64,000 nucleotides of DNA from Cyanophora paradoxa CCMP329 (lineage: Eukaryota > Plantae > Glaucophyta): positions 1,116,001-1,180,000 of the forward strand of contig QPMI01000005.1 in assembly GCA_004431415.1 (NCBI GenBank). Reading direction: 5' to 3'. A model generated the notes under the pieces. It made no database searches and was not told the DNA's origin. It saw nothing but the letters and a program-made list of their open reading frames with translations. Every line of letters begins with the position of its first letter. Position 1 is the first letter of the stretch. Of this stretch, positions 50,601-61,806 are shown piece after piece. Made by a program: the position numbers and the translations under genes.

Positions 50601-53600
50601 CCCCTCCGCAGGGATGCTGCAGCTGGCGCAGGAGTGCGAGATGTCGCGCGACGCGGCCGAGTACGTCGATGCGGTGCGCCGGCTCGACTCCGGGCGGGTC
50701 CCTTAAGCTTCTCTCTCCCCCCCCCCTCCTCCTCCCATCCACCCGAACGCGCCGCTTCGTTCGTTCGCAGGCGGCGCTCTCCGGGGAGCACCTGCTCTCC
50801 CTCGTGAACGACGTGCTGGACCTCCAGAAGATCGAGGCGGGGGCCATCGAGCTCCAGGTACGTTTGAGCTAATGATTGGCCGTACATGTAGAAGCTTAGC
50901 TAAAGAAGCTATAGAAGCCATAGACTTTGGAAGCTTGAGCCATAGAATTGGAAGCTTGAGCTATAGAAGATCGAGGCGGGGGCCATCGAGCTCCTGGTCC
51001 GCCCTCCCTGGCTAAATTTCTAGCCGCTTAGCCTTAAGCGTCGCTTCGAACGCCACCTTAAGGTTTGTGCCTAGAAGCTAAGCCAGGTCCTGAGATCCCA
51101 ACGAAGAGTCCCGAGAGTCGCCTAATCGCCTCTCAACCCCTCGCACCCCCCCCCCCCCCCCCCCCCCCCTTCTCCCGCTTGACTCCGTCCGCGCCGCAGA
51201 GCGTGCCGATGAGCGTGCGGGGGGCGGTGGCCTCGGCGGTCCGCATCGTCCAGCAGCGTGCCTCGGACAAGGTGCCCCGGCCCCGGGGTCGGGCCTCGAG
51301 CTTTGAAGCTTTTACGTATTAGTTGTTAAGGAGACCTCACGTCTAAGAGATCTAGCTTCGAATCTAGCCTTGGGGCCTCAGAACTCGAGCTCGAGAGGCT
51401 AGCCGCGAGCCTTGAAGAGATCGGCCAGCAGAAGTCCTCCCACAAAGCGGGAAGGCCCCCAGGCCGGCCCGTTTTCAGATTCCTAGGCCTCGCTCAGCCT
51501 CTCTGACCTGCCGGGCAGGGCCTGAAGCTGCACGTGCGGCTCGACGAGCGGATCCCGCAGAGCCTCGCCGGCGACCCCGACCGCCTCCGCCGTCCGTGTA
51601 CCCCCCCCCCGCCCCGGCCGCCTGCCCCGCCCAGCGTAGATGATAAAGCGTATATATAGCCATCGTCCCGCCCGCCCCACCCATCCCGCCATGCGCCCCG
51701 CCCCGTCCCGCCACACACCCCGCCCGGCCCGCCTCGCCCGCTTCTCTGAAGACGTTGCTGCTCTATTCCAATCCGCAGGGGTCCTCCTGGACGTTATATA
51801 GGGCCCCCCCCGCTAGGATCCCGCAGGGCCTGAAAGATGAAGACAACTGCCTATAGGTCTCCTAGATTTCATCTTCTTAACTTCTCCGATCCTAACTTTA
51901 GCTTCCTACAGAGGTGCTCCTGAACCTGACGAGCAACGCCGGTGCGCCACCTCTCACTCTTCCCTTCTCCCCGGCCCTCTAAGCACTCTTCTCCTCCTCG
52001 CAGTGAAGTACACGTTCAACGGGGAGGTTCGGCTCTCGGTCTCCGTGATGGGCGGCCCCGAAGCGGCCGAGGTCGAGCAGGGGTACATTCCCGTCTTCTT
52101 CGAGGTTCAGGACACGGGTGTGTTCGCCCACCCGTTCGCCCGCCCTCGAGAGCCACAGCGTAGATATGTATAGCCTTGGTATCGAAGCTACTTTCATGTG
52201 CATGGCTCTCGAGCTACCTAGCGAACTGACGCCCCGCCTCTGCTCGATTCTGATCCTTCTTCGCCTCTGCGCGCGCGCCCCCGCAGGCCCCGGGATCGAC
52301 GGGGAGAGCCAGCGGCAGCTCTTCTCCCGCTTCTTCCGCGTCCGCCGCCTCCCCGGCGGCCTCCCCGACCCCGGTACCCCCTACCTCCTCCCCCTTGGAA
52401 CTCTTGGGGGGGAGCTGGCCCGACTCTATTGCGATGCTTACGGCGCCTGCGATTGCGAGACTTACGGCGCCTCAGGGGGCACGGGCCTCGGTCTGGCAAT
52501 CTCGCGGGAGATCGTCGAGCGCGCGGGGGGCGCCATCGGCTGCGAATCCGCCGTCGGCAAGGTGCCTTCCTCTTCTCTCCGCGCGGTTCCGATCGCAAAA
52601 GTCTTCCTCCCTCCCGGTCCGTTTTGAGAGTACAACATGTACAGGGCTCCCGCTTCTGGTTCTGGGTTCCTCTCCGCATCCGTGCGCCCCTGTGGTACCC
52701 CTGCGCCCTTCCCGATCCGCGCCCTCAAGCGCCGCGCGCGCGCAGTCGACCCCGGCGCAGAGCCGGCGCCGAGGGCGGTGCAAGGGCTCGAAGCGCTGGC
52801 GCCGTCGCCGCAAACGCAAGGCGAGGTACCCCCCCTTGGGGCCGGAGCGCTCGCGACCGCGGAGCCCGCCGCGCTTCTTCCGCGGCCGGACTCGAGCCAG
52901 ACCCTCCACTCAGGCCGGGTGTGGGCGCACCCGAGTTCACATCCTGCGCCGACGCCGTCGCCAACACTCTACCCCCTTCCCCCCTCCCCCCCGCAGGCCT
53001 CCGCGACGATGCCCTCCGGGGTAGGGAGTCTCGTCGCCGCGATCGCATCGCTTCCGGGCAGCAGCAGCAGGGGCGGCGGCGGCGGCGGCGGCGCGAGCCC
53101 CCGCGGCAGCTCCAGCGGAGCGTTCATGGGTCCCCGCGACAGGTGCCACCCCCGACTGGACCGTATACGTACCCCGTCGCGAGCTGAATCCGTACCCCCC
53201 CTTCCCCAGCACGATGTCGACGTCGACGCTCTTCCGCGAGATCGAAATCGTTCGGTGCCGTACCCCCCGGCGCTCTGCTCCCCCCCCCGCTCCGCCTTCG
53301 AGATTGCCGTACCCCCTTGACTTCGTTCGCAGCGGCTCGCCGCTGCAGCTGTCCAGCCTCCCGCCCATCGCCCCCGCCCACACCTCCTCTCCCCCCTCCC
53401 TCGGGTGACCGGCCACCCATTCCCTCCCATGCTTTCACCTTTCCCGCGGCTCACATACCCATGCGCTCTCGCCCGCGGCCCCGCCGTGACATCACGCAGG
53501 GATCTCACGTCAGCCGGCGGCTCCTCGAGCCGTCAGCACTCGCCGACGACAGGTGCCGCCGGGCCGGACCGGGCCGGACCGGGCCGGGTCGCCCCTGCCG

Positions 53601-56600
53601 CTCCCGCATCAAAAGGGCACAGAAAACAAGACGAATGATAGGATAAGATAAATAATCATAAACAGGATCGCTCTGCAATGCGCGAGAACGTGAATCTGAT
53701 CCTCGAATTCGGTCTTCATCGCTTCGCAGGCCGCCCGTGCCGCATCCTCGTCGTCGAAGGTTCCCCCCCCCCCCCCCCCTTCCCCTCTCCCGCCTTTCCG
53801 TCCCGCTCGGCTCTCAGCGCCTCGCCCCCCAGACAACGCGGTGAACGCGCGGGTCCTCTCCTCCATGCTACGCCGCGAGGGCCACGAGGTGCGGTGCCGG
53901 CGTGCCGCTCCAGCCCCTCGAACCCGTTCAATCCAGAGTCCCTTCCGTTCCTTCTCGAATCCCTTTAGACCCTCCCCTCCAGAAGATTTCGGATGTGTAT
54001 ATATATAGATTGCATGGCCGTTTCGAATCACCCTGCCTCCGATCTCTAGGTCTTCGCGTTCTTTCTGATGGGGTCCTGCCTGCCCGGCATGCTCATGCTC
54101 AGGTCTCGCTTGCGGAGGACGGGCAGGCGGCCCTCGCCGCCTTCTCCGCCGCCACTGCGGGGGCGACCCCCTCCCCCTCCGCCCCCCGCGCCTTCGACGT
54201 GATCTTCATGGACTGCCTCATGCCTGTCCTTGACGGTGCGCGCGCCCTGATCATGAATATATAAGATAACTACAGGTTGTTAGTGAGATCCACTATATCC
54301 TATCCTATTATTATAGCAAGATTCCAAGTAAGATCAGTAAGGCCAATTATCCTATATATGCCGATCGCGAGCTTAGGCCTCGTGCCCGTCCTCGACGGTG
54401 CGCGCCGAACAAGATCGTCGGATGATAATCGCTAAATATAAACTATCCCAAGATGTTTGCAAGATGTTAGCAGGATTCTCTATCTCATGCTCATGTTCGA
54501 GCTTAGGCCTCAGGCTTAGCTCTACATGTCGCAGCGTGCATGCCCTAAGCCTGTCTTCAGGCGCCGCCCTCCTCCCCCTCCTGACCCCCGCCCCCGGCCC
54601 GGGCGCCCCTCGTCCTCGGCTGACCCCGCCTTCTTCGCCCCCCCCCCCCCCCCCCCCTCCCACCCCACTCCAGGGTACGGCGCGACGAGGGCGATCCGGG
54701 CGCTGGAGGCGGAGCGAGGCCTCGCGCGCCACTTCATCGTCGCCCTCACCGGTGCGCCATAGCTAGAGGGCTCTTAGCTGATCGTCCCTGGCCCGTCAGC
54801 CCCCTTCGCTGTTTCCGTTAAGAATTCAAGAATTTGAAGCCTTGGATTCCGTCCCCCACAAATTGCCAAGTTGAACGTTCCGCAGCTTATGCGACGGCCA
54901 AGGACGAGCTTCTATGCCTCCAGGCCGGCATGGACAGGTGCCCCGCCCCGGCCGACCGCCCTCGTCATGACAGTGCCCGAGAGTGACTTGAGAGACGCCC
55001 GGGACCGGAGCCCAGTCTAAACCATTGTACACTAGGCTGGATTAGAGTATTTTCATATTTAGATTAGAGAAACTGACCTCCCTAACTTGGGAGCGCCCGC
55101 TACATGACCAAGCCGATCCGGAAGCCCCTCCTAATGGGCGCCGGGAGCCTAATCGACGTCTAAACTATTCTAGATTATGACTGATAAGATTACTTTTAGC
55201 TTTATTTAGATAAGAGAAACTGACCGCCTTGGGCGCGCCAGCTACATGACGAAGCCGATCCGGAAACCGCTGCTCCTCGCCAAGATCGAGGAGTACCTCG
55301 CGAGCGGCGCCGCGTCGACTCCGCTCCTCCCGGCCCCGGCCCCGGCCCCTGCCTCCATTGTTTCCGAGTCGGAGGCGGGGGGCGGCGCCGGCTTCGCGGG
55401 ACTGTCCCCTTGGGAGGCAGCCCGCGCCCTTCGCGACGCGGCGCCGGCGCCGGCGCCGGCGCCCGGGCCCGCGATGGCTTCGAATTCGCCGCCGGCCAGG
55501 GCGATGGCTTCGGCCCCGGCGCCCGAGCCGCCTTCTCTCCGGCTCACGCCCGTGACGCCCCCCGAGGACCCCGAGCTGAGGGCCGCGACGGCGGTGCTGG
55601 CGGGGGGGCCGCCCCCCCGCTCGTCGCGGTCCCTGTCCGGGTCGCCCACGCCGGCGCTGGCGGCGCCCACCTCGTGCCCGGACCTCGGCAAGGCATCCCG
55701 GGACCGGGAAGGGGCCGGCGCCGGCACCAGCGGCGGGCCGGCGTCGCTGGGGTCACTGCCCGAGCTCCAGATCCCGCGGGGCGCGGCCCTCTCTCGACGA
55801 GTCTCTGTCGGCTCGGATCGCGATCGGGAGCGGCCGGGGCCCCCCAACGAGATCATGGTCGTCGACGATATCGAGGTACCCCCGCCCGCTCTGCAATAAA
55901 TTTAAAGCTTTAGACGGCGTTTTTGCTTGCGTTGAATGATGGGAGCTTGCAATCGAGGCTGGGGCACATAAATAACAGGAATATCAATCGCATGTCCGGT
56001 CCGCGTGAAATGTCGCGCCGGCGCCGCTGACGTCACGGTCGCGGGCAGATGAACCGGCGCGTGCTGACGGCATTCCTCTCGACGGAGGGCAACCGAATCA
56101 CCGTCGCAACCGACGGCCAGGTATCTAGCTATTTATAGAGCATTTCCGGGATTTCCGCCGAAATTCCGCCGATTTCCGGGTCCTTTTCCCCCCGCAGGAG
56201 GCCGTCGAGAAGTTCGAGGAGCGGGCGCGGGCCCTGGCCGGCCCGGGCCCCGTCTTCTCTGCCATCTTCATGGACGGTGATCCCATATCAGATCTAATTT
56301 GCATTCGCTTTTAGTGAGAGATCTAGAGCTGCTTATAATTAAGCATAGAAATTTGAACTGGGACGATTAAAAGGCCCGCTGGAGCTCGAGATGGGGCGTA
56401 TATATTTCAGTACTACTTGCCGAAATTGATCAATATGTATCGCGCGCGCTTTTCAGCAAGAGAGCTGCTTTCGAGCGTATAAACATATTCACAGAAATAT
56501 TAAATTGGGGCGATTAGAAGGATCGAAGATCAAGCGCTTTGCTTTATTCGCTTTATTCGCAGCACGAATCGCTGAAATGGATCGCGCGCAGTGCAAATGC

Positions 56601-57711
56601 CGCGTCTGGACGGGCACGGGGCGACGAAGCGGATCCGCCGCCTCGAGCGCGCCCTCGGCGTCGCCGTCCCCTCCCCCATCATCGCCTGCACCGCCTTCAA
56701 CTCCAGCCACGGTGCTTTTGATTATATAATCAACAGTACCGTTCCTTGAAGCTCTCTGAAGCTTTTTTCATGGCTTATACCATTGCTTATACGATTACAC
56801 CCTTTAAGTCACTGTTTCTCAAAGCTTCTTAAACTCTTCGCTTCTTAAGCTCTTCTCGTTTCTCAAAGCTTTTCCCAAGCTTTTCCCATCGCTTGGACCT
56901 AATTCTCGCGCGCGGTGGTGCAGACAAGGAGGGGGTCATGCAGAGCGGGATGTCGGACTTCATGGGCAAGCCCGTGCAGCGTGCCACCCTCAACACCATG
57001 CTCACGAAGGTGCCCCTACCCCCCTCCCCATTCTACCTCCCTACCCCCCTAGGCCTGCTGACCGGGCGCCGCCCTCGCGCAGTGGGTGCGCCGCAACTCG
57101 TCCCCCGGCTCCGGCAACTCTGGCTCCGATCGCGACGCGAGCCACGGTGGGACTGCGAAGGTCCCCCCCCCCCCCCCCCCCCCCGATTGCGGACTACTGA
57201 AATTAGCTATATAGGTAGGGCACCTGGGCTAGATCCAACGCAATATATATCCGCCTCCTTTGCCTGCTTCTCCTTCGTTGCTGACAAGCGGCACCGCCGT
57301 CGACACCGTCGTCGTCGCGATCGCGCGCGCGCAGTCGCAGTCACTAAGTTACTCTTAGAGTTACATCCGGTTCACGAAGTTAGGCGCGAGCTATAGCTAG
57401 ATCCGGTTCACTAAGTTACAATTAGATCCTTCTCTCCCTTGACTTCCTTGCCGCCTTCGCAGTCGCAGTCGGGCTGCTCGACGCCCCTCGCCAACGTCTC
57501 GCCGGCCGCCGTCTCCCGCGACCACACCGACAGCCGCCGCCGCCCCGCCCTCGGAGAGCGCGAGCGCGAGGCCGGCGCAGGCGCAGGCGCCGGCGCCGGA
57601 GCCGGCGCCTTCGGCTGCTCGGGGCCCCCCGAGCCGTCCTCGCTGCCGCCGGCTCCGGCTCCGGCCGCCCGCGGCCCTGGCGGTCTTTCGAATCTTAATG
57701 ACGAGTACTAG
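44657..57711 (+). CDS. Membrane-bound hybrid sensor histidine kinase: TM - Cache-like sensor - TM - HAMP-like - HisKA - HATPase_c - REC - REC
   Basis: H-box 'KFLAT|MSHEMRT|PLNGILG', 'LLSLVNDVLDLQKIEAG', 'GDPDRLR', N-box 'VLLNLTSNA|VKYT', G1 'VQDT|GPGI', G2 'GGTGLGLAIS'. REC1 'ILVVE|DNAVN...FMDCLMPVLD|G...ALT...TKPI'; REC2 'MVVDDIE|MN...FMD|VQMPRLDG...ACTA...GKPV'. Hydrophobic exons at ~45230-45370 and ~48300-48450. Confidence 0.93.
47371..47477. repeat. 24-bp AT-rich minisatellite (~4.5 copies) within a histidine kinase intron
   Basis: The unit atatattctccttaaagagatagt is repeated in tandem. Confidence 0.95.
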
Positions 57712-58545
57712 TAAACAGAGCGCCCTAAATTCAGCTATTTGCGCGGGAACCGCGAGCCCGAGCGCTCTGGTTTAATTTACAGCATTAATATTGAAAGCTC
57801 GTTGGCCTAGGGTGCCGACGCTAGTTTGGACACGTGCACGTTCGCCCTGCCGTAGTCTCTCAAAGAAATAGTTCAGACATTTGATTTTGATTAAATCTGT
57901 AGATAGTTGGGCCTAGCATAGCTGTATATATGATATCCGGGTACCATCCATCTATTCTGATTCCAGTCACTGAGTCATTTAACACGAAAACCGCGTTCCC
58001 TTAACACGACTGTAGTTATCGTGTAGTTATTTCAATCTGATTGAGGTTTTTTTATCGACATATTCTTGCTTTTTCTTTCGAATTCTCGCAGCTAGGTCTG
58101 TCAGAGGTCCTCCAACCTGTTGTAAACGCGACTCGGTCGGCGTCGCGGACTCCGGCAGCTCCGGACCCGGTCTATCATCTTTGCGCGGTTCACAGATTGT
58201 AAAGATTGTAGCTTATAATTAACTGTAATTGTAGCGAATTCGTACACTTCTTCACTTCACGCTGATCACCGGATCAGTTGTTCGAATTTGGGCAATGCAG
58301 CCCTTTGTAGAGCGTATTCAGAACTTGAAAGACCCCGGGCCCACGGGTCTGTCGGAACAGTTTCGAATTCCAGCCTGGCAGGTCTTCTAGATCTCATTGC
58401 AGATAGATGTTCAAGGCCTTGTCGTGTTTTCTTTGAGTCCGTATTAAAAATTACTACTGATCATGATTAGAGGAACAGGATCGCTAGCTATCCGGGGGGG
58501 GGGGGGGGGGGGGGGATTCATATTAAAGTTCGGGAATCCCGGAGC

Positions 58546-58581
58546 TAGTACGTGTGTAGCCCAGGGTATACGTATAAGGGG

Positions 58582-58616
<35 letters not shown>

Positions 58617-58670
58617 CTTGTCACCGGCAGTCTCTTTAGAGTGCCCAACTGAATGATGGCAACTAAAAAC

Positions 58671-58704
<34 letters not shown>

Positions 58705-58839
58705 ACTCACGACACGAGCTGACGACAGTCATGCACCACCTGTGTTCGCGTTCCCGAAGGCACTTTTCTCTTTCAAGAAAATTCGCGACATGTCAAACCC
58801 TGGTAAGGTTCTTCGCGTTGCATCGAATTAAACCACATA

Positions 58840-58893
<54 letters not shown>

Positions 58894-59401
58894 GTACTCC
58901 CCAGGCGGGATACTTAACGCGTTAGCTACGGTACTGTACGGGTCGATACGCACAACACCTAGTATCCATAGTTTACGGCTAGGACTACTGGGGTATCTAA
59001 TCCCATTTGCCCCTCAGTGTAAGTAACGGCCCAGCAGAGTGCTTTCGCCATCGGTGTTCTTCCTGATATATATCTACGCATTTCACCGCTACACCAGGAA
59101 TAGCCTCTGCCCCCTATAGCTACGTATACCGTACTCAAGCCAAACAGTTTCCATTGCCTTTTTGGGGTTAAGCCCCAGCCTTGAACAACAGACTTGCTTA
59201 GCCACCTACGAACTCTTTACGCCCAATGATTCCGGATAACGCTTGCATCCTCCGTATTACCGCCGCTGCTGGCACGGAGTTAGTCGATGCTTATTCCTTG
59301 GGTACCGTCATTGATTCTTCCCTAAGAAAAGAGGTTTACAACCCACAGGCCGTCTTCCCTCGCGCGGTATTGCTCCGTCAGGCTTTCGCCCATTGCGGAA
59401 A

Positions 59402-59438
<37 letters not shown>

Positions 59439-59575
59439 ATCTCAGTCCCAGTGTGGCTGATCATGATCATATGCATCCTCTCAGACCAGCTACTGATCGT
59501 CGCCTTGGTAGGCCTTTACCCCACCAACTAGCTAATCAGACGCGAGCTCTTCCTCGGGCAGATTACTCTTTTCAC
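58546..59575 (-). pseudogene. rrs: Nuclear insertion (NUPT) of an internal ~1 kb fragment of plastid/cyanobacterial-type 16S rRNA, degenerate
   Basis: Reverse complements of universal 16S motifs (ctgctgcctcccgtaggagt, ccgtcaattcctttgagttt, gggttgcgctcgttgcgggacttaaccc, gacgtcatccccaccttcctcc) carry cyanobacterial/plastid states (ggaaaattcccc, accacatactccacc, caggcgggatacttaacgc). Both rRNA ends are missing and there are indels in conserved motifs. Confidence 0.93.
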
Positions 59576-60359
59576 TGCAGTCCGACGGTCGATCGTCTGG
59601 CCACGGCCGATCGCGAGCTGCGCATTTGCATTCGATATCGTGTATGTACAGGAAGCCGGGCCTGCCAGGCTGCCCGTTAACGTTGCCCGCGGAAGGCCTA
59701 TAGCTAGGGGTACGCCCCTCTTTTTCCCGGGCCGAGGCCTGCAGCTGTTCCCGCCGCGAATGCGAGCTGCGCATATGTGCATGCAGCACCGTCCGACGGT
59801 CGACCCGCTGCCGTCCTGCGATCGCGATCGAATGAGCCTCGTATACGAAGCTCGGAGCATGAGCAAGGAATGAATCGAACATTTGACCGTCGGAAGAAAG
59901 AGATGAACGGAGAAATTTATAATTACTCGCGCGCCGTGAAGCGGGCCCCGCCGCCCCGGTCGCGGGGAAGGGGTGCATGATCATTGACAGGATTGCCTCC
60001 CTCGCCCCAGACGCGTATCCAGGATCCAGGATCATTAAGGGGTGCACGTGCACGCAGCTATAGTGCTTGGGAATCAGTTGGGATATCGATTGATAATGGG
60101 GGGTTCGAATTCGAATTCCGAAGTTCTTAACCGTTGAACTTCGGAACACACTCATGATTAGATTTCGGTCGCCGGGGCCATCGGGCGCCGGACTCTTAAT
60201 TCGTCCTTCAAGTACTAGTTCTCTCTTTAATTCAATTGCAAAATGATTTGGCTCGCGGGCGGCGCCGCGGCCCGCGGCCTGGCCGTGCCACGGTGAGCTC
60301 GCGATCGTGATGCTAACTTCAGTAAAAGTCGTTTTTATCAGTTTTTTGTACAAAAAAGC

Positions 60360-60822
60360 AATTGCACTTTTTTTTTTGAGAGACTACGGTGGGGCGAACC
60401 CCCCGTAGGTAGTGATATTAAAGACAACAAAGCAATCACAAATCAAAGATACAGTAAACTAGCACAAAATATATACAGAATCAAGAGGGATCACGAGAAA
60501 GGACACGATCAGAAGAACGCAAAAGATAAGGAGAACGAGCACGAGGAGAAGGAGTAGAAGAGCTCAAGGGCGTCGATGCAGAAGTACTAGTCACACTAGA
60601 ACGACGAGGAGCACGGGGACGCAGCAAATAAGGAGAACGAGCACGAGGAACTACAGTCGAAGACGAAGATCTAGACGAAGACGACAAGACAGAGCTAACA
60701 GCAGAACTAGAAGACGTAGTCGCAGGAGGCAAAGGCGGTAGAACAGTAGGAGAGGCGAAACGTAGGACACCACTAGAGGGGAAAGTCGAAGCTGGCGGAG
60801 TGTCTAAACGGAATTGCACTTT
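60360..60822 (-). mobile_element. 5'-truncated retroposed insertion (LINE/SINE tail or retrocopy) with poly(A) and an ~11-bp target-site duplication
   Basis: AATTGCACTTT occurs at 60360-60370 and 60812-60822. A T10 tract (poly(A) on the minus strand) is at 60368-60377 and a stem-loop at 60384-60408. The + strand is strongly A-rich, and a minus-strand ORF tail ends at 60481. Confidence 0.75.
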
Positions 60823-61142
60823 CCAGCCGCGGATACTAAGTTATAACTAATTACTTATGACGCAAGCGCACACACGTAAAAAAACACGAGAAGCACGCAG
60901 CAGCCGAGCCAAAACGCGTCGGAGCCCCTATTGAAACTCCCGACCTCGTACTCAATTGGCACTTTGAGTACGGACCAGTAGTAAAACACCGCTCTCACCG
61001 CCTGGCGGCGCCTGCCAGTGGGCTGCCAGCCTGCCACGTACGCGTGCACGTGAAGCCGCACTGCGGCAGCCGCTGAGCGCACGCGCGTGACTGCGAGCTA
61101 GTCTGCCACGCCCGGCCGGCCCACGCGTACGGTCCGGTACTA

Positions 61143-61388
61143 TACTGGAGAGCTGGAAATATTTAGTGGGCTGTATATTAATTTATAGCACTAATTTATA
61201 AATGTTTTTGGGCGATCTACTAAATATTTCCCGTCTGCTAGAGCCGAGAATTTGTAGTCCCATCTCCACGATACAAAAGCCCTGCAGCTGAGAAGACTGA
61301 CCTACTTTAACTTTTATCAGCTGCTAAAGTGGCATTTTTGGCGAAGTACTAATTATTTTCCTGCACTAAATTAATAAGTCCTCCAGTA
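61143..61388. mobile_element. Possible AT-rich MITE with imperfect TIRs and TA flanks
   Basis: Left end ta|ctggag...tttagtg; the reverse complement of the right end is ta|ctggag...tttagtg. The ~240-bp interior is AT-rich and non-coding. Confidence 0.4.
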
Positions 61389-61674
61389 CCAGCCTATTAC
61401 CAGGTACCGGAATTCCCTTCATGATCACTCAGGTTGATCATGACGTGTGTAACCGACACGTGGCGAGGACTTTGACCGTCAACGTCACCAGCCTGGCAGA
61501 GCGCACGCGCACTGGCAGCACTGCGGAAGTCACTGAGTGGCAGTGAGTGCTGCCTCGGATTTGGATTCCGGACAGCGTGCGCGCGTTGGCGGCGTAGCGC
61601 GCGCCGCGCGCTGCGGCGCGAGTCGAGTTTTTCCCAGCATGCAGTTTAAGCTGGCCAGTGGCGTGCATGCGATG

Positions 61675-61806
61675 ATGGAAAGTGGCAGCTGCAGATAACG
61701 GAAGTAACGGAAAGTGGCGGATAATTATAACGGACGTTTCCGGAAAGTAACGGACAGCTTAAGTGGCGGATAGCGAAAAGTAACGGAAAGTAACCGAAAC
61801 ACACTG
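61675..61806. repeat. Cluster of GGAAAGTAAC/AAGTGGCGGATA short repeats ending in CACACTG; possible DNA-transposon end
   Basis: Multiple gtaacgga(aag) and aagtggcggata motifs; the terminus reads CAGTGTGTTTC on the minus strand. No partner end was seen. Confidence 0.4.

Noticed and set aside
1-57711. A single operon-like signalling system linking the cyclase, kinase and histidine kinase
   Set aside because: These eukaryotic genes have separate promoters and unrelated genes lie between them. Proximity alone is not evidence.
58546-59575. Functional rRNA gene or contaminating bacterial contig
   Set aside because: Both ends are missing, there is no ITS/tRNA/23S, indels disrupt universally conserved motifs, and the flanks resemble the host's non-coding DNA.
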